A DNA stretch of 64,000 nucleotides from Pseudomonadota bacterium (GTDB lineage: Bacteria > Pseudomonadota > Alphaproteobacteria > Rs-D84), in contig JAEXCU010000015.1 in NCBI GenBank assembly GCA_023402015.1, positions 67,879 to 131,878 on the forward strand, in the 5' to 3' direction. The position numbers and the translations under genes are program-made. This document shows positions 1-9,675 of the stretch, piece after piece. Each line of letters begins with the position of its first letter. The first letter of the stretch is position 1. A model generated the notes under the pieces. That model saw only the letters and a program-made list of their open reading frames with translations. It was not told where the DNA came from and made no database searches.

Positions 1-128
1 AGCGTGATGAAGAAGGCTTTGTCCTGCGCATGATTTCCAGCGACCAGTATGAAACACTGACCCAGAAACGTCGTGATATGTTTGGCGATACTGTTGGTAG
101 AAAAACGTATAAAAGCATGTCTTGGTAA
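1..128 (+). CDS. 3' end of an unidentified CDS entering from upstream (...GRKTYKSMSW, stop TAA 126-128)
   Basis: The frame is open from position 3 to TAA at 126-128. It is too short to name. Confidence 0.3.
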   Translation, partial: RDEEGFVLRMISSDQYETLTQKRRDMFGDTVGRKTYKSMSW

Positions 129-136
129 TTTGCATT

Positions 137-880
137 ATGTTGCAGATGCAAAAAATTTTGCACAAATTTTTCTATCATTTAAATGATTTCTTGTTTCCAC
201 CCGTCTGTCCGTTATGCGGTGCGCCTGTGTCTGTTCATGGCGAATTGTGCGTGGATTGTTGGACGGCGTTTAATTGGATTGGAAATCCAAAATGTTATCG
301 TTGTGGTTATCCGTTTCCCGCAGATTTGGATTTGGGGCCGCGTCCAATGTGTCCAATTTGCGCGGCGGGAAAATGCGAACTGGATTTCATTCGCAGTGCA
401 TGCGTTTATGACGATGCGTCGCGCGCGGCAATGTTGCCGTTCAAACACGGCGGACGTATAAAATATGGCGTGTTTATGTCGCGTGGCATGATTTGGGCAC
501 TGCGTGATTTAGATATTTCACCAGATATTGTGATGCCGGTTCCGTTATCTTATCGCAGGTTATGCAAACGCGGTTATAATCAGGCGACAATTCTGGCACG
601 TCCGATTGCCCGTGCGTTTGGTGTTCACGTGGATGTTAATTCTGTTCGCAGAAAACATCGCCCAGACATGGGACACAAAAATGCCCGCGACCGCGCAGAA
701 AATATTCATGGTGTGTTTAATGTAATTCACCCGGATAAAATTCGGGGTCGTAAAATTTTATTGGTTGATGATGTTATGACAACCGGTGCAACATTTTCTG
801 AATTACGCCGCGCGTTAATGAATGCCGGTGCATCAGCCGTTTACGGTGTTTCTTTTTGTCGTGTTGTTCGCGCAATATAA
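137..880 (+). CDS. comF: ComF-family phosphoribosyltransferase-like protein
   Basis: Four CxxC pairs lie near the N-terminus (CPLC, CVDC, CYRC, CPIC). The PRPP loop LLVDDVMTTGAT is present. The track ORF opens at TTG 122; the first ATG is at 137. Confidence 0.8.
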   Translation: MLQMQKILHKFFYHLNDFLFPPVCPLCGAPVSVHGELCVDCWTAFNWIGNPKCYRCGYPFPADLDLGPRPMCPICAAGKCELDFIRSACVYDDASRAAMLPFKHGGRIKYGVFMSRGMIWALRDLDISPDIVMPVPLSYRRLCKRGYNQATILARPIARAFGVHVDVNSVRRKHRPDMGHKNARDRAENIHGVFNVIHPDKIRGRKILLVDDVMTTGATFSELRRALMNAGASAVYGVSFCRVVRAI

Positions 881-941
881 ACATTGCCAAACCATATTTT
901 ATTTTGATACGATTTTTATCACATTTACCAAAGGGGATAAT

Positions 942-1466
942 ATGAAAATAAAATTAATTACTGCATTTGTTTTTGCCATGTGCGCGCCGCTGGCGACACA
1001 TGCCGCAATGCCATTCGTGGGAACGTATCAAACAATTGACGACGAAACAAATTCACCCAAATCAATTGTTGCACTGTATGAATACGAAAATGGCACTGCA
1101 TTGGCGGGGCGTATTGTTGCGCTGTATGGTGCGGATGGGGTCATTACTGAAACAATTGTGTCCCCGGTTAAGACGGCAGAAAAAGTTTCAGGTAAACCAA
1201 AATATTCGGGGCTGGATATAATTTGGGATATGGCGTGGAATGCAAAAGATAACGAATACCGCGGTGGCAAGATAATGGACCCGGCCAAGGGCAAGGTTTA
1301 TTCATCTGTCATTTGGCAAGACGCGGATAAAACAAAACTGCGTGTGCGTGGTAAAATCGGCCCGTTTGGCCGTACCCAGACATGGAATGTTTTAAATGCA
1401 AATGATTTACCGGCCCAGTTGCAAAATCTGAATACAGATGATTGGACACCGGTTGTGCATAAATAA
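942..1466 (+). CDS. DUF2147-family secreted protein
   Basis: Signal peptide MKIKLITAFVFAMCAPLATHA. The motif GGKIMDPAKGKVY...LRVRGKIGPFGRTQTWN is typical of DUF2147. ATG at 942 is preceded by AAGGGG. Confidence 0.75.
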   Translation: MKIKLITAFVFAMCAPLATHAAMPFVGTYQTIDDETNSPKSIVALYEYENGTALAGRIVALYGADGVITETIVSPVKTAEKVSGKPKYSGLDIIWDMAWNAKDNEYRGGKIMDPAKGKVYSSVIWQDADKTKLRVRGKIGPFGRTQTWNVLNANDLPAQLQNLNTDDWTPVVHK

Positions 1467-1470
1467 AAAC

Positions 1471-1486
1471 GGGCGCATTGGCGCCC
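1471..1486. terminator. Bidirectional intrinsic terminator (GGGCGC-ATTG-GCGCCC) between convergent genes
   Basis: A perfect 6-bp GC stem flanked by an A-run and a T-run. Confidence 0.7.
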
Positions 1487-1490
1487 ATTT

Positions 1491-1898
1491 TTATTTTTGA
1501 TTTTCTTTTTTTAATGCATTTAAGAAATTTTGTACATCGGTTAGTTTTTTTATATATGTGTTTTCTGTCTTGGATTTACATAATTTAATTATTTTGACAA
1601 TATAATCATCTTCACTGGTGGATATTGTTGTATTGTTCAAAGATATTTTGCCGGAATGCACACTGCATTGTTTTGCGTATACGCATTTATTGCCAATGTA
1701 AATTTCCACCATTTGCATGGATGGGGTATGGGAAATTTTTAATACGGATGTGTTTATTTTGCGGTTGTTTGTCGTGTATTTCGCATTAACCTGATAATTA
1801 TTTACAGGCATATCGCCCTTAGCCGAGAAAGTTATCTTATGCGAAATAGGGTTTTCTTGTAAAATGCTTAATATCAAATCAAATGTTTCCGGGGTCAT
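1491..1898 (-). CDS. hypothetical protein (135 aa from MTPETF)
   Basis: An ORF with an internal ATG at 1898. No recognisable motif. Confidence 0.5.
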   Translation of the reverse strand: MTPETFDLILSILQENPISHKITFSAKGDMPVNNYQVNAKYTTNNRKINTSVLKISHTPSMQMVEIYIGNKCVYAKQCSVHSGKISLNNTTISTSEDDYIVKIIKLCKSKTENTYIKKLTDVQNFLNALKKENQK

Positions 1899-2034
1899 CA
1901 GATTTTCCTTGTTTTGTAAAAAAATATAACACAAATAATTGATTTGTCAACATAATATTTCTGATGATACTTGAATTTTGATTTAAATCTGATATGGTTC
2001 GGGGTATACTATTTACATTACAGGGACGCATATT

Positions 2035-4431
2035 ATGAACATAGAACTTGGCAAAAACATAAACCCGCGCGAAATTGAAACCAGAATTCAAAAATTCTGG
2101 GATGAAAATCATTTCTGGGAAAACAATGTAAATTCCGACAAAACGCCGTTTTGCATTATGATGCCGCCACCAAACGTAACGGGGAATTTGCATATGGGGC
2201 ACGCACTGGATAATGTTTTGACCGATATTATTTGCCGGTATAAACGTATGGCGGGTTATGACGTCCTGTGGCAACCGGGAACTGACCACGCATCAATTGC
2301 CATGCAGTTAATGGTGGAACGCGACCTGTCAAAACGTGGTATTAATCCGCGCGCATTGACCAAAGAACAATTGCTGGACGCGGCATGGGAATACAAAACT
2401 GACAAAGGCGGCCAGATTATTAATCAATTGCACACAATTGGTGCAACGCCGGCATGGTCGCGCGAACGCTTTACCATGGATGCGGGTCTGTCGCATGCGG
2501 TGAATAAATTGTTTGTTAAAATGTATAACGACGGTTTGATATACAAGGCGCGCCGTCTGGTAAACTGGTGCCCGAAACAGCAGACGTCCATTTCAGATTT
2601 AGAGGTCGATGTTCGCGAAGAAAAGGGCAAATTTTATTACTTTAATTACCCATTAAAAGACGGTGGATTTATAGAAATTGCAACAACCCGTCCGGAAACC
2701 CTGTTCGGCGACCAGGCGATTGCAATTCACCCGGAAAATGAGAAGTTAAAACATCTGATTGGGAAAACGGCAATTATTCCGTTGACCAATATCGCGATAC
2801 CTGTTATTGCCGACGTGCATGCCGACCCGGACAAAGGAACAGGCGCGGTTAAAATTACCCCTGCGCATGACAAAGACGACTGGGCGGTTGGGTTGCGTCA
2901 TAACCTGACACCGGTATGCATTCTGACAAATGACGCCAAAATGGCCGATATTCCCGTTGTGCCGGAAAAATATCGCGGCATGGACAGATTTGCCGCCCGC
3001 GCAGAAATTATGAAAGACATTGCAGACGCGGGATTGTTGATTAAGGTTGAAGATAAAACAATCCCGACCCCGTATTCTGAACGTGGTAATGTTGTTATTG
3101 AATACATGGTTCGCGATGAATGGTTTGTGGATGCGAAAAAATTGGCCGAACCCGCAATTGCCGCGGTAGAGGCCGGCAAAATTAAATTCATGCCGGAACA
3201 CAGATATAATCTGTTTATGTCCTGGATGAAAGACATTCATGAATGGTCCATTTCACGCCAGTTATGGTGGGGACACCAGATACCGGCATGGTATGATAAG
3301 GATGGAAATATTTACGTTGCCGAAAACGAAGCGGATGCCATTAAACAATCGGGCGGACGGGAATTAACACGCGATACATCGTGCCTGGATACATGGTTTT
3401 CATCCGCGTTGTGGCCGTTTTCTACATTAGGATGGCCGGAAAAAACACCGGAATTGGCGCGGTACTATCCGACAGATTTATTGTACACCGGCGCGGACAT
3501 TATATTCTTTTGGGTTGCGCGCATGGTTATGATGGGAATTTACGTCATGGGCGATGTTCCATTTCATACGGTGAATTTCCATGGCTTGGTTCGCGACAGC
3601 AAAGGTCAAAAAATGTCCAAGACCAAGGGCAACGGTACCGACCCACTGACCACGGTTGAAAAATTTGGTGCCGACGCAATGCGTTATTGGGTTTCCACCG
3701 CGCCGATTGGGACAGACATCAGATACAGCGATGACGAAGTAAAACGCGGTTCAAAACTGCTGACCAAATTGTGGAATGCGGCGAAATATGTCCTGATGAA
3801 CCTGAACGATTTTGATCCAAAAACCGCCGCGCCCGTTGCGGTTTGCGACAGATTTATTGAAGACCGCTGGGTACTGTCTGAATTAAATCGTGCGGTTGCA
3901 GATGTTCGTCGCAACTTGGATAAATATGATAATTATAATTCACGCGCGGCAATTGATACGTTCTTTTATGACGTATTTTGCGACCAGTACCTGGAATTTA
4001 TCAAGGATCGTTTCTGGTCGCCGGAAAAATACAGCGCGCAATCCAAACTGTCTGCCCAGTGGACATTGTGGACGGTACTGCGTGCGATTATCGGACTGTA
4101 TGCGCCGTTTATCCCATTTTTAACCGAGGAATTATGGCAAAAAATTTATATGCCGTTTGAAGGCGGCGAAACACTGCATCTGACACAATATCCGACGGTA
4201 AACGCGGAATATGACACGGACGTTGCAGATATGGACATTGCACTGAATATTTTAAAGACGGTGCGTGGCCTGCGTACAGAACGCAAAATCGGCAACGGGG
4301 CCAAGTTGGAAACGCTGACGGTCCCAGCAAACACGCCCGATGTATTAATTGGTGTAATTAAATCCGGCGCGCGTGCAAACGATGTTGTTGTTGCGGGTGA
4401 TGTGGTGGACTTTGTCGTCGCGGCACAATAA
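2035..4431 (+). CDS. valS: valine--tRNA ligase
   Basis: Class I HIGH-type motif PPPNVTGNLHMGHA, the KMSKT motif, and a ValRS-like editing and anticodon-binding layout. At 798 aa it lacks the long C-terminal coiled coil. Confidence 0.9.
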   Translation: MNIELGKNINPREIETRIQKFWDENHFWENNVNSDKTPFCIMMPPPNVTGNLHMGHALDNVLTDIICRYKRMAGYDVLWQPGTDHASIAMQLMVERDLSKRGINPRALTKEQLLDAAWEYKTDKGGQIINQLHTIGATPAWSRERFTMDAGLSHAVNKLFVKMYNDGLIYKARRLVNWCPKQQTSISDLEVDVREEKGKFYYFNYPLKDGGFIEIATTRPETLFGDQAIAIHPENEKLKHLIGKTAIIPLTNIAIPVIADVHADPDKGTGAVKITPAHDKDDWAVGLRHNLTPVCILTNDAKMADIPVVPEKYRGMDRFAARAEIMKDIADAGLLIKVEDKTIPTPYSERGNVVIEYMVRDEWFVDAKKLAEPAIAAVEAGKIKFMPEHRYNLFMSWMKDIHEWSISRQLWWGHQIPAWYDKDGNIYVAENEADAIKQSGGRELTRDTSCLDTWFSSALWPFSTLGWPEKTPELARYYPTDLLYTGADIIFFWVARMVMMGIYVMGDVPFHTVNFHGLVRDSKGQKMSKTKGNGTDPLTTVEKFGADAMRYWVSTAPIGTDIRYSDDEVKRGSKLLTKLWNAAKYVLMNLNDFDPKTAAPVAVCDRFIEDRWVLSELNRAVADVRRNLDKYDNYNSRAAIDTFFYDVFCDQYLEFIKDRFWSPEKYSAQSKLSAQWTLWTVLRAIIGLYAPFIPFLTEELWQKIYMPFEGGETLHLTQYPTVNAEYDTDVADMDIALNILKTVRGLRTERKIGNGAKLETLTVPANTPDVLIGVIKSGARANDVVVAGDVVDFVVAAQ

Positions 4432-4446
4432 AACAAAGGCAAAATT

Positions 4447-5175
4447 ATGTCAGAAATATTGGTTGAAAAACGTACTTTACAGGCATATCAATGCGACCGT
4501 TATGGCAATATGCGTCCGCTGATTTTAATGAATGAATTACAGGGCATGGGCGACAAACACGCGGAAAAATTGGGCGTGGGATATGAATATTGCCAATCGC
4601 ACGGAATGGCGTGGGTTGTTACCCATTACCTGGTGGATATTATCGAAATGCCAACCGAACGCGAAGAATTGCAAATAATGACATGGCCGTCATGCCAGGA
4701 TAAATTGCGTGCCACGCGTGATTTTGAAATCCGTGGGGCGGACGACCGTTTGCTGGTACGGGCAACATCCCAGTGGGTTCTGATTGATATGGCGCGTCGT
4801 CGTCCATTGCGTTTGGATGAAAATTTGCCGCGGTGGTTAATAAACGAATGCCGCGCGTGGGACCGAACATTTGATAAATTCCCGGATTTTGCCGCGCAAA
4901 AAACACATACGTTTAAATGCCGGTTTGACGACATTGACGTGAACCAGCATATTAACAATGCCGTTTATGCCGTTTGGGCGACCGAAAGCGTCGGTTATGC
5001 ATTCCGTAATCAGCATCAGTTAAAACGCATAGAATTAAACTTTAAAAAAGAAATCAGTCCCGACACACCGGAAATTCAGATAGACGTTGCAATTGACGGC
5101 AATGTTTCGCATCACAAAATTCGCACCGGCGACACAGAACATGCGTCGGTCGTTTGTTTTTGGGAAAAAATGTAA
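4447..5175 (+). CDS. acyl-ACP thioesterase family protein
   Basis: A double hot-dog layout and N-terminal similarity to FatA/B-type bacterial acyl-ACP thioesterases (YQCDRYGNMRP..., HINNAVY). Confidence 0.65.
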   Translation: MSEILVEKRTLQAYQCDRYGNMRPLILMNELQGMGDKHAEKLGVGYEYCQSHGMAWVVTHYLVDIIEMPTEREELQIMTWPSCQDKLRATRDFEIRGADDRLLVRATSQWVLIDMARRRPLRLDENLPRWLINECRAWDRTFDKFPDFAAQKTHTFKCRFDDIDVNQHINNAVYAVWATESVGYAFRNQHQLKRIELNFKKEISPDTPEIQIDVAIDGNVSHHKIRTGDTEHASVVCFWEKM

Positions 5176-5326
5176 ATTGGGACCGTCCATATGGATGGGG
5201 GGCGGCGGCGATATATTTGAATAAGTATCACTATGGCATTAAACGTGGTGGCTGAACCCCGGCCACCACCGTTTTTAATGGTTTTCTTTTATTGAAAAAT
5301 TTCTTATATTATTATATAATGCCCGT

Positions 5327-5526
5327 GCAGCAACGGATTGTTGCTGTGGGGAATAAGAACCCCTAGAAGTCCGCCTTGAAACAAGGTGAAATAACTCCAA
5401 CTGTCGGTTGGAGGGCGGTGATATATAAAAATAAACCCGCTATAGACTTCTATAGTTCTTATCCTCCAACCACCTGAATTTTCTGGTGGTTATTTTTTTA
5501 AATGTTTAAACCGGGAGAGAGGATAA
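5327..5526 (+). promoter_or_regulatory. Structured 5' leader with intrinsic terminator (copy 1 of a two-member leader family)
   Basis: Promoter TTGAAA 5292-5297, 17-nt spacer, TATAAT 5315-5320. Hairpin 5395-5413. Terminator AACCACC/GGTGGTT 5468-5491 plus a T-run. About 110 nt are colinear with the leader at 33580-33701 on the minus strand. Confidence 0.6.
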
Positions 5527-5793
5527 ATGACAACAAATAAAAAAAATATTCCAGAAGAAATGCAAATCTTAGAAGGTGAACAAGAATTTTACATCAGCCT
5601 GGGCCAGCGTTTGCGCAAATTCCGCGAAATGAATGAAATATCATCTGCCCAAATGGCCGAAATCGCCGGCACAACCGCCGACCAATGGGAAAAATATGAA
5701 ACCGCAGAATTGGCATTCCCGCTGTATCATTTGGTGCCGGTTCTGGAACACTATGGTTTTCCGCCAGAATTAAAATTATGGCAATTTAATTAA
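5527..5793 (+). CDS. small XRE-family helix-turn-helix protein (88 aa)
   Basis: HTH segment LGQRLRKFREMNEISSAQMAEIAGTTADQWEKYE. An SD sequence lies directly upstream. Confidence 0.7.
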   Translation: MTTNKKNIPEEMQILEGEQEFYISLGQRLRKFREMNEISSAQMAEIAGTTADQWEKYETAELAFPLYHLVPVLEHYGFPPELKLWQFN

Positions 5794-5796
5794 AAA

Positions 5797-5818
5797 ACCG
5801 CCAATTGGCGGTTTTTTT
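5797..5818. terminator. Bidirectional terminator ACCGCC-AATT-GGCGGT with flanking A/T runs
   Basis: A stem-loop between the convergent XRE gene and rpmH. Confidence 0.7.
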
Positions 5819-5969
5819 AATTTGCTGCGGTTGCAGCCAATCTTTTACGGCCCGCGGCGCGGCGACGATTTAAAACCTCGCGTCCGCCCTTGGTTGCCAT
5901 ACGTTCACGAAACCCGTGCGTGCGAACACGACGTGTTTTGGACGGTTGATAAGTACGTTTTGTTGCCAT
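5817..5969 (-). CDS. rpmH: 50S ribosomal protein L34
   Basis: My own translation of the minus strand gives [50 protein letters not shown], a clear L34. It is absent from the ORF track because it is under 60 aa. Confidence 0.9.
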   Translation of the reverse strand: MATKRTYQPSKTRRVRTHGFRERMATKGGREVLNRRRAAGRKRLAATAAN

Positions 5970-6144
5970 AACTAAATCCTTTTGTGCGTCTATTTAATCA
6001 TACGTTTTTATAAAACGCAACCTTTTTATTTAGATTTTACCAATCCCAGTTTTTTCATACCTTCCAGCATCAGGTAATATGAAAATAACAGCGAAAATAA
6101 TTTCCAAAATGGTAAAAACATAATTTTATTCCGTTTTTGTTTAA

Positions 6145-6330
6145 TTATCTGGTTTTGTCGTTGTTTTTGGTGCGGATTTTATCAATCCGGTCCATTGCAT
6201 TTAATGTTCGCGTCAGGTGCCATTTCATTATTTTTAATTGGGTCATGCGCAACGGATCGCCCGCGTTGCATTTCATCATATCTTCCACCATTTTAATGGC
6301 ATCAAAAACACTATCTTTTATGGTACCCAT
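6145..6330 (-). CDS. small hypothetical protein (61 aa)
   Basis: ATG start and weak RBS. It sits in the intergenic space between rpmH and gyrA. Confidence 0.3.
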   Translation of the reverse strand: MGTIKDSVFDAIKMVEDMMKCNAGDPLRMTQLKIMKWHLTRTLNAMDRIDKIRTKNNDKTR

Positions 6331-6473
6331 TGTATTGTTTTCTGGTTTGATTAACTGATAATTATATTACCACCAAGTGGCATTTTGTCAATTTATTTTT
6401 TGGGGTTTATGTCTTGACCCGCGGTGCAGAAATTTGCTATTGTTCATATGTTAAAAATAAGGGAAATTTTAGT

Positions 6474-9236
6474 ATGTCTGAAACAAATAATACAAATGAA
6501 ATTAATGAAATAAAGGTTCCGCAATCTTCCCTGGAACATGAAATGCGGACCAGTTTTTTGGACTATGCCATGTCGGTTATTGTGGACCGCGCGTTGCCTG
6601 ATGTTCGCGACGGTTGCAAACCCGTTCATCGCCGCATTTTATACGTTATGAATGATGTTGCGCCGGCAACCAAGGCGACGGTAAAATCTGCGCGTATCGT
6701 TGGTGATGTTATGGGTAAATATCATCCCCACGGCGACAGTTCTATTTACGAAGCAATGGTTCGCATGGGCCAGGATTTTTCCATGGGTGAAATGTTGGTC
6801 CAAGGGCAGGGTAATTTCGGGTCCCGCGACGGGGACAAGGCCGCGGCCATGCGTTATACCGAGGCGCGCCTGTCCAAATTGGGTGCGTCGTTAATGGACG
6901 ATATGGAAAAAGACACCGTGGATTGGATGCCGAACTTTGACGGCACTTTGTCCGAACCGGTTGTATTGCCGGCAAAATTCCCAAATTTCTTGGTTAACGG
7001 GGGCAGTGGTATTGCCGTTGGTATGGCGACAAACGTTCCGACATATAACTTGGGCGAGGTCAGTACCGGTATCCTGGCAATATTGGATAATCCAGAAATT
7101 ACAGATGATGAATTGTTCCAAATAATCCCTGGGCCAGATTTTCCAACGGGTGCGATTATCATGGGCCGTGCCGGCGCGTACAAGGCACACACCACGGGAC
7201 GTGGTTCAATTATCGTTCGCGCAAAAACACACCAGGAAACATTCCATGATCACCAGGCGATTGTTGTTGATGAAATCCCATACCAGGTGAACAAGGCACA
7301 ACTGATTATTCACATTGCCGAACTGATTAAAGACAAACGCATCGAAGGTATTGCCGAAATTCGCGATGAATCATCCAAAGAAGGCCTGCGCATCGTTATT
7401 GAATTAAAGCGCGATGCTATGCCCGATGTTGTTTTAAATCATCTGTTTCAATATACAGAAATGCAGACGAATTTCCCGGTAAACATGATGGCACTGAACC
7501 GCGGACGGCCGATGCTGTTTAATGTTCGCGGGGTATTGGATGCATTTATTGAATTCAGAACGGACATCATTCGTCGCCGTACAATATTTGATTTGAACAA
7601 GGCACGCAATCGCGCGCATACTTTGTTGGGGTTGTCAGTTGCGGTTGGTAATTTGGACGAAGTTATTGAACTGATTAAAACCAGTCCGAATCCCGACGCT
7701 GCACGCAGTGCCTTGATTTCACGTGGGTGGCGTGCGTCAGATATTGAATCATATATTAAATTAATTGATGATCCGAATACGGAATATAAAGACGGAATGT
7801 TCTTTATGTCCGAAGACCAGGCGCGCGCAATTCTGGAATTGCAATTGCATCGTTTGACCGGGTTGGAACGCGATAAAATTCACGATGATTTGACCGCGTT
7901 GGGCGCCCAGATAAAAGACCTGTTGGAAATATTGGGCAGTCATGAACGCATCATTCAAATTATCCGTGATGAAACAACCGCGGTGCGCGATAACTGGGCA
8001 TCGCCGCGTCGTACAGAAATTTCTGATGCCGAAATTGATATTGACATAGAAGACCTGATTGCACGTGAAGATATGGTTATTACCGTTTCCAACACCGGTT
8101 ATATAAAACGCGTGTCGCTGGATACATATCGCGCACAAAAACGCGGTGGCAAGGGTCGCAATGCAATGACAACCAAAGACGATGATTATGTGGTTCAGGT
8201 ATTTGTTGCGAATACGCATACCCCATTGTTATTTTTCAGTTCCAAGGGAATTTGTTATAAACTGAAAACATATAAATTACCCGAAGCGGCCGCCGCGGCC
8301 AAGGGACGCCCATTGGTCAACCTGTTGCCGTTGTCTGCGGGTGAAACAATTACGGCAATCCTGCCCGTCAGCGAAGAAGACGTTCAACGTGTCCGCGAAT
8401 CCGGCAAAGAACATTTCTTGATGTTTGCAACTGCATCCGGTACGGTACGTCGTAATCGCATGTCTGATTTTGATTCAATCCGCGCAAATGGTAAAATTGC
8501 CATGAAATTGGACGAAGGCGACAGTTTGATTTCCGTACTGCCGTGCAGTGAAGACCAAGACGTATTCTTGGCAACATATCGCGGCCGTTGCATACGTTTC
8601 CCGGTTCCGGAAATTCGTATATTTGCAGGCCGCAATTCCACCGGTGTTCGTGGTATGTCGTTGCCCACAGATGACCGGATTATTGGTATGGCAATGCTGA
8701 ATCACGGTGAATCCGATGCCGCAGTACGCGCCGCATATATCAAACAATCCCGCGCCGCACGTCGCGCGGCCGGTGGCGCAGAAGAAGAATCCGACGGTGA
8801 AGAAGAAACAACAAATCTGGTGTTGGATGATGCCCAAATGGCAAAAATGGCCGCCGAAGAACAGTTCATTTTGACCGTATCTGAAAACGGATTTGGCAAA
8901 CGCACCAGTTCGTATGAATACCGTACAACACACCGTGGTGGTGGCGGATTTACGAATATTAAATTGGGTGGGAAAAATACTGCCGTTGCCGGGTCTTTCC
9001 CGGTTGCTGATGACCATGATATCATAATGGTAACAGACGGGGGTAAAATAATCCGCACACCTGTTGCCGATGTTCGCATTGCGGGTCGCGCAACGGCGGG
9101 CGTAACACTGTTGCGTACGGCGGAAAATGAAAAGGTCGTTTCTGCAATTTCCATTGTCAGCGAAGACGAAGAGGCCGCAGAGGTTGAAACCGAAGTCGCC
9201 GCCCAGGAAACCCAGGAATCCCAAACTGAACAATAA
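6474..9236 (+). CDS. gyrA: DNA gyrase subunit A
   Basis: Motifs [22 protein letters not shown] and C-terminal beta-pinwheel repeats, with an acidic tail. ATG at 6474 follows AAGGGAAA; the track ORF starts at TTG 6414. Confidence 0.95.
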   Translation: MSETNNTNEINEIKVPQSSLEHEMRTSFLDYAMSVIVDRALPDVRDGCKPVHRRILYVMNDVAPATKATVKSARIVGDVMGKYHPHGDSSIYEAMVRMGQDFSMGEMLVQGQGNFGSRDGDKAAAMRYTEARLSKLGASLMDDMEKDTVDWMPNFDGTLSEPVVLPAKFPNFLVNGGSGIAVGMATNVPTYNLGEVSTGILAILDNPEITDDELFQIIPGPDFPTGAIIMGRAGAYKAHTTGRGSIIVRAKTHQETFHDHQAIVVDEIPYQVNKAQLIIHIAELIKDKRIEGIAEIRDESSKEGLRIVIELKRDAMPDVVLNHLFQYTEMQTNFPVNMMALNRGRPMLFNVRGVLDAFIEFRTDIIRRRTIFDLNKARNRAHTLLGLSVAVGNLDEVIELIKTSPNPDAARSALISRGWRASDIESYIKLIDDPNTEYKDGMFFMSEDQARAILELQLHRLTGLERDKIHDDLTALGAQIKDLLEILGSHERIIQIIRDETTAVRDNWASPRRTEISDAEIDIDIEDLIAREDMVITVSNTGYIKRVSLDTYRAQKRGGKGRNAMTTKDDDYVVQVFVANTHTPLLFFSSKGICYKLKTYKLPEAAAAAKGRPLVNLLPLSAGETITAILPVSEEDVQRVRESGKEHFLMFATASGTVRRNRMSDFDSIRANGKIAMKLDEGDSLISVLPCSEDQDVFLATYRGRCIRFPVPEIRIFAGRNSTGVRGMSLPTDDRIIGMAMLNHGESDAAVRAAYIKQSRAARRAAGGAEEESDGEEETTNLVLDDAQMAKMAAEEQFILTVSENGFGKRTSSYEYRTTHRGGGGFTNIKLGGKNTAVAGSFPVADDHDIIMVTDGGKIIRTPVADVRIAGRATAGVTLLRTAENEKVVSAISIVSEDEEAAEVETEVAAQETQESQTEQ

Positions 9237-9238
9237 GG

Positions 9239-9643
9239 ATGTCAGGCATGGATAGCGAATACTTTGCATCTATTAACGAGGTTTCAAAAAAATTGTCTGT
9301 GCCTGCGCATACTTTGCGTTATTGGGAAAAACAATTCCCGGTTGCCATTCGCCCAACAACGGGCGCCGGTGGTCGGCGTTATTATCGCGCCGAAACCGTG
9401 CGGCGTTTGACGGTTATTAAGGATTTGCTGTATACCCGGGGAATGACAATTGCGGGTGTAAAAAAATTACTGCGCGACGGCAATTTGCCAGAAAACGTAG
9501 ATGATTTTATGACCCCAATGGGCACGTCTGCCAAAACGGTTCCCGCAACGCCTGTGCCATCCGCCGCACCATCTGTTGATGCCGCGCAATTGGATATGGC
9601 AATAACATTGCTGACCCAGGCACGGGAATTATTGGCAAATTGA
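9239..9643 (+). CDS. MerR-family transcriptional regulator
   Basis: The N-terminal HTH SINEVSKKLSVPAHTLRYWEKQF...GGRRYY is typical of MerR. Confidence 0.8.
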   Translation: MSGMDSEYFASINEVSKKLSVPAHTLRYWEKQFPVAIRPTTGAGGRRYYRAETVRRLTVIKDLLYTRGMTIAGVKKLLRDGNLPENVDDFMTPMGTSAKTVPATPVPSAAPSVDAAQLDMAITLLTQARELLAN

Positions 9644-9652
9644 TATAAAGAT

Positions 9653-9675
9653 AAAACGCCCAAATGGGCGTTTTA
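9653..9675. terminator. Bidirectional terminator AAAACGCCC-AAAT-GGGCGTTTT
   Basis: A perfect stem between convergent genes. Confidence 0.7.

Noticed and set aside
6026-6121. A 31-aa minus-strand ORF (MFLPFWKLFSLLFSYYLMLEGMKKLGLVKSK) between rpmH and gyrA.
   Set aside because: It is hydrophobic and could be a small membrane peptide. But it has no RBS and no supporting motif, and it is too short to call from sequence alone.
6414-6473. The gyrA start at TTG 6414.
   Set aside because: The extra 20 residues ([20 protein letters not shown]) are unlike GyrA N-termini. ATG 6474 has an AAGGGAAA RBS.
8475-9269. Long antisense ORFs inside real genes. Examples: 264 aa opposite gyrA, 362 aa at 40500..41588 opposite pyk, 274 aa at 62589..63413 opposite rpoC, 177 and 172 aa opposite rplL, and many in the RND and rpoB genes.
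   Set aside because: These are shadow ORFs of strongly supported genes on the other strand. Their composition is Cys/Arg/Phe-rich and they have no RBS.
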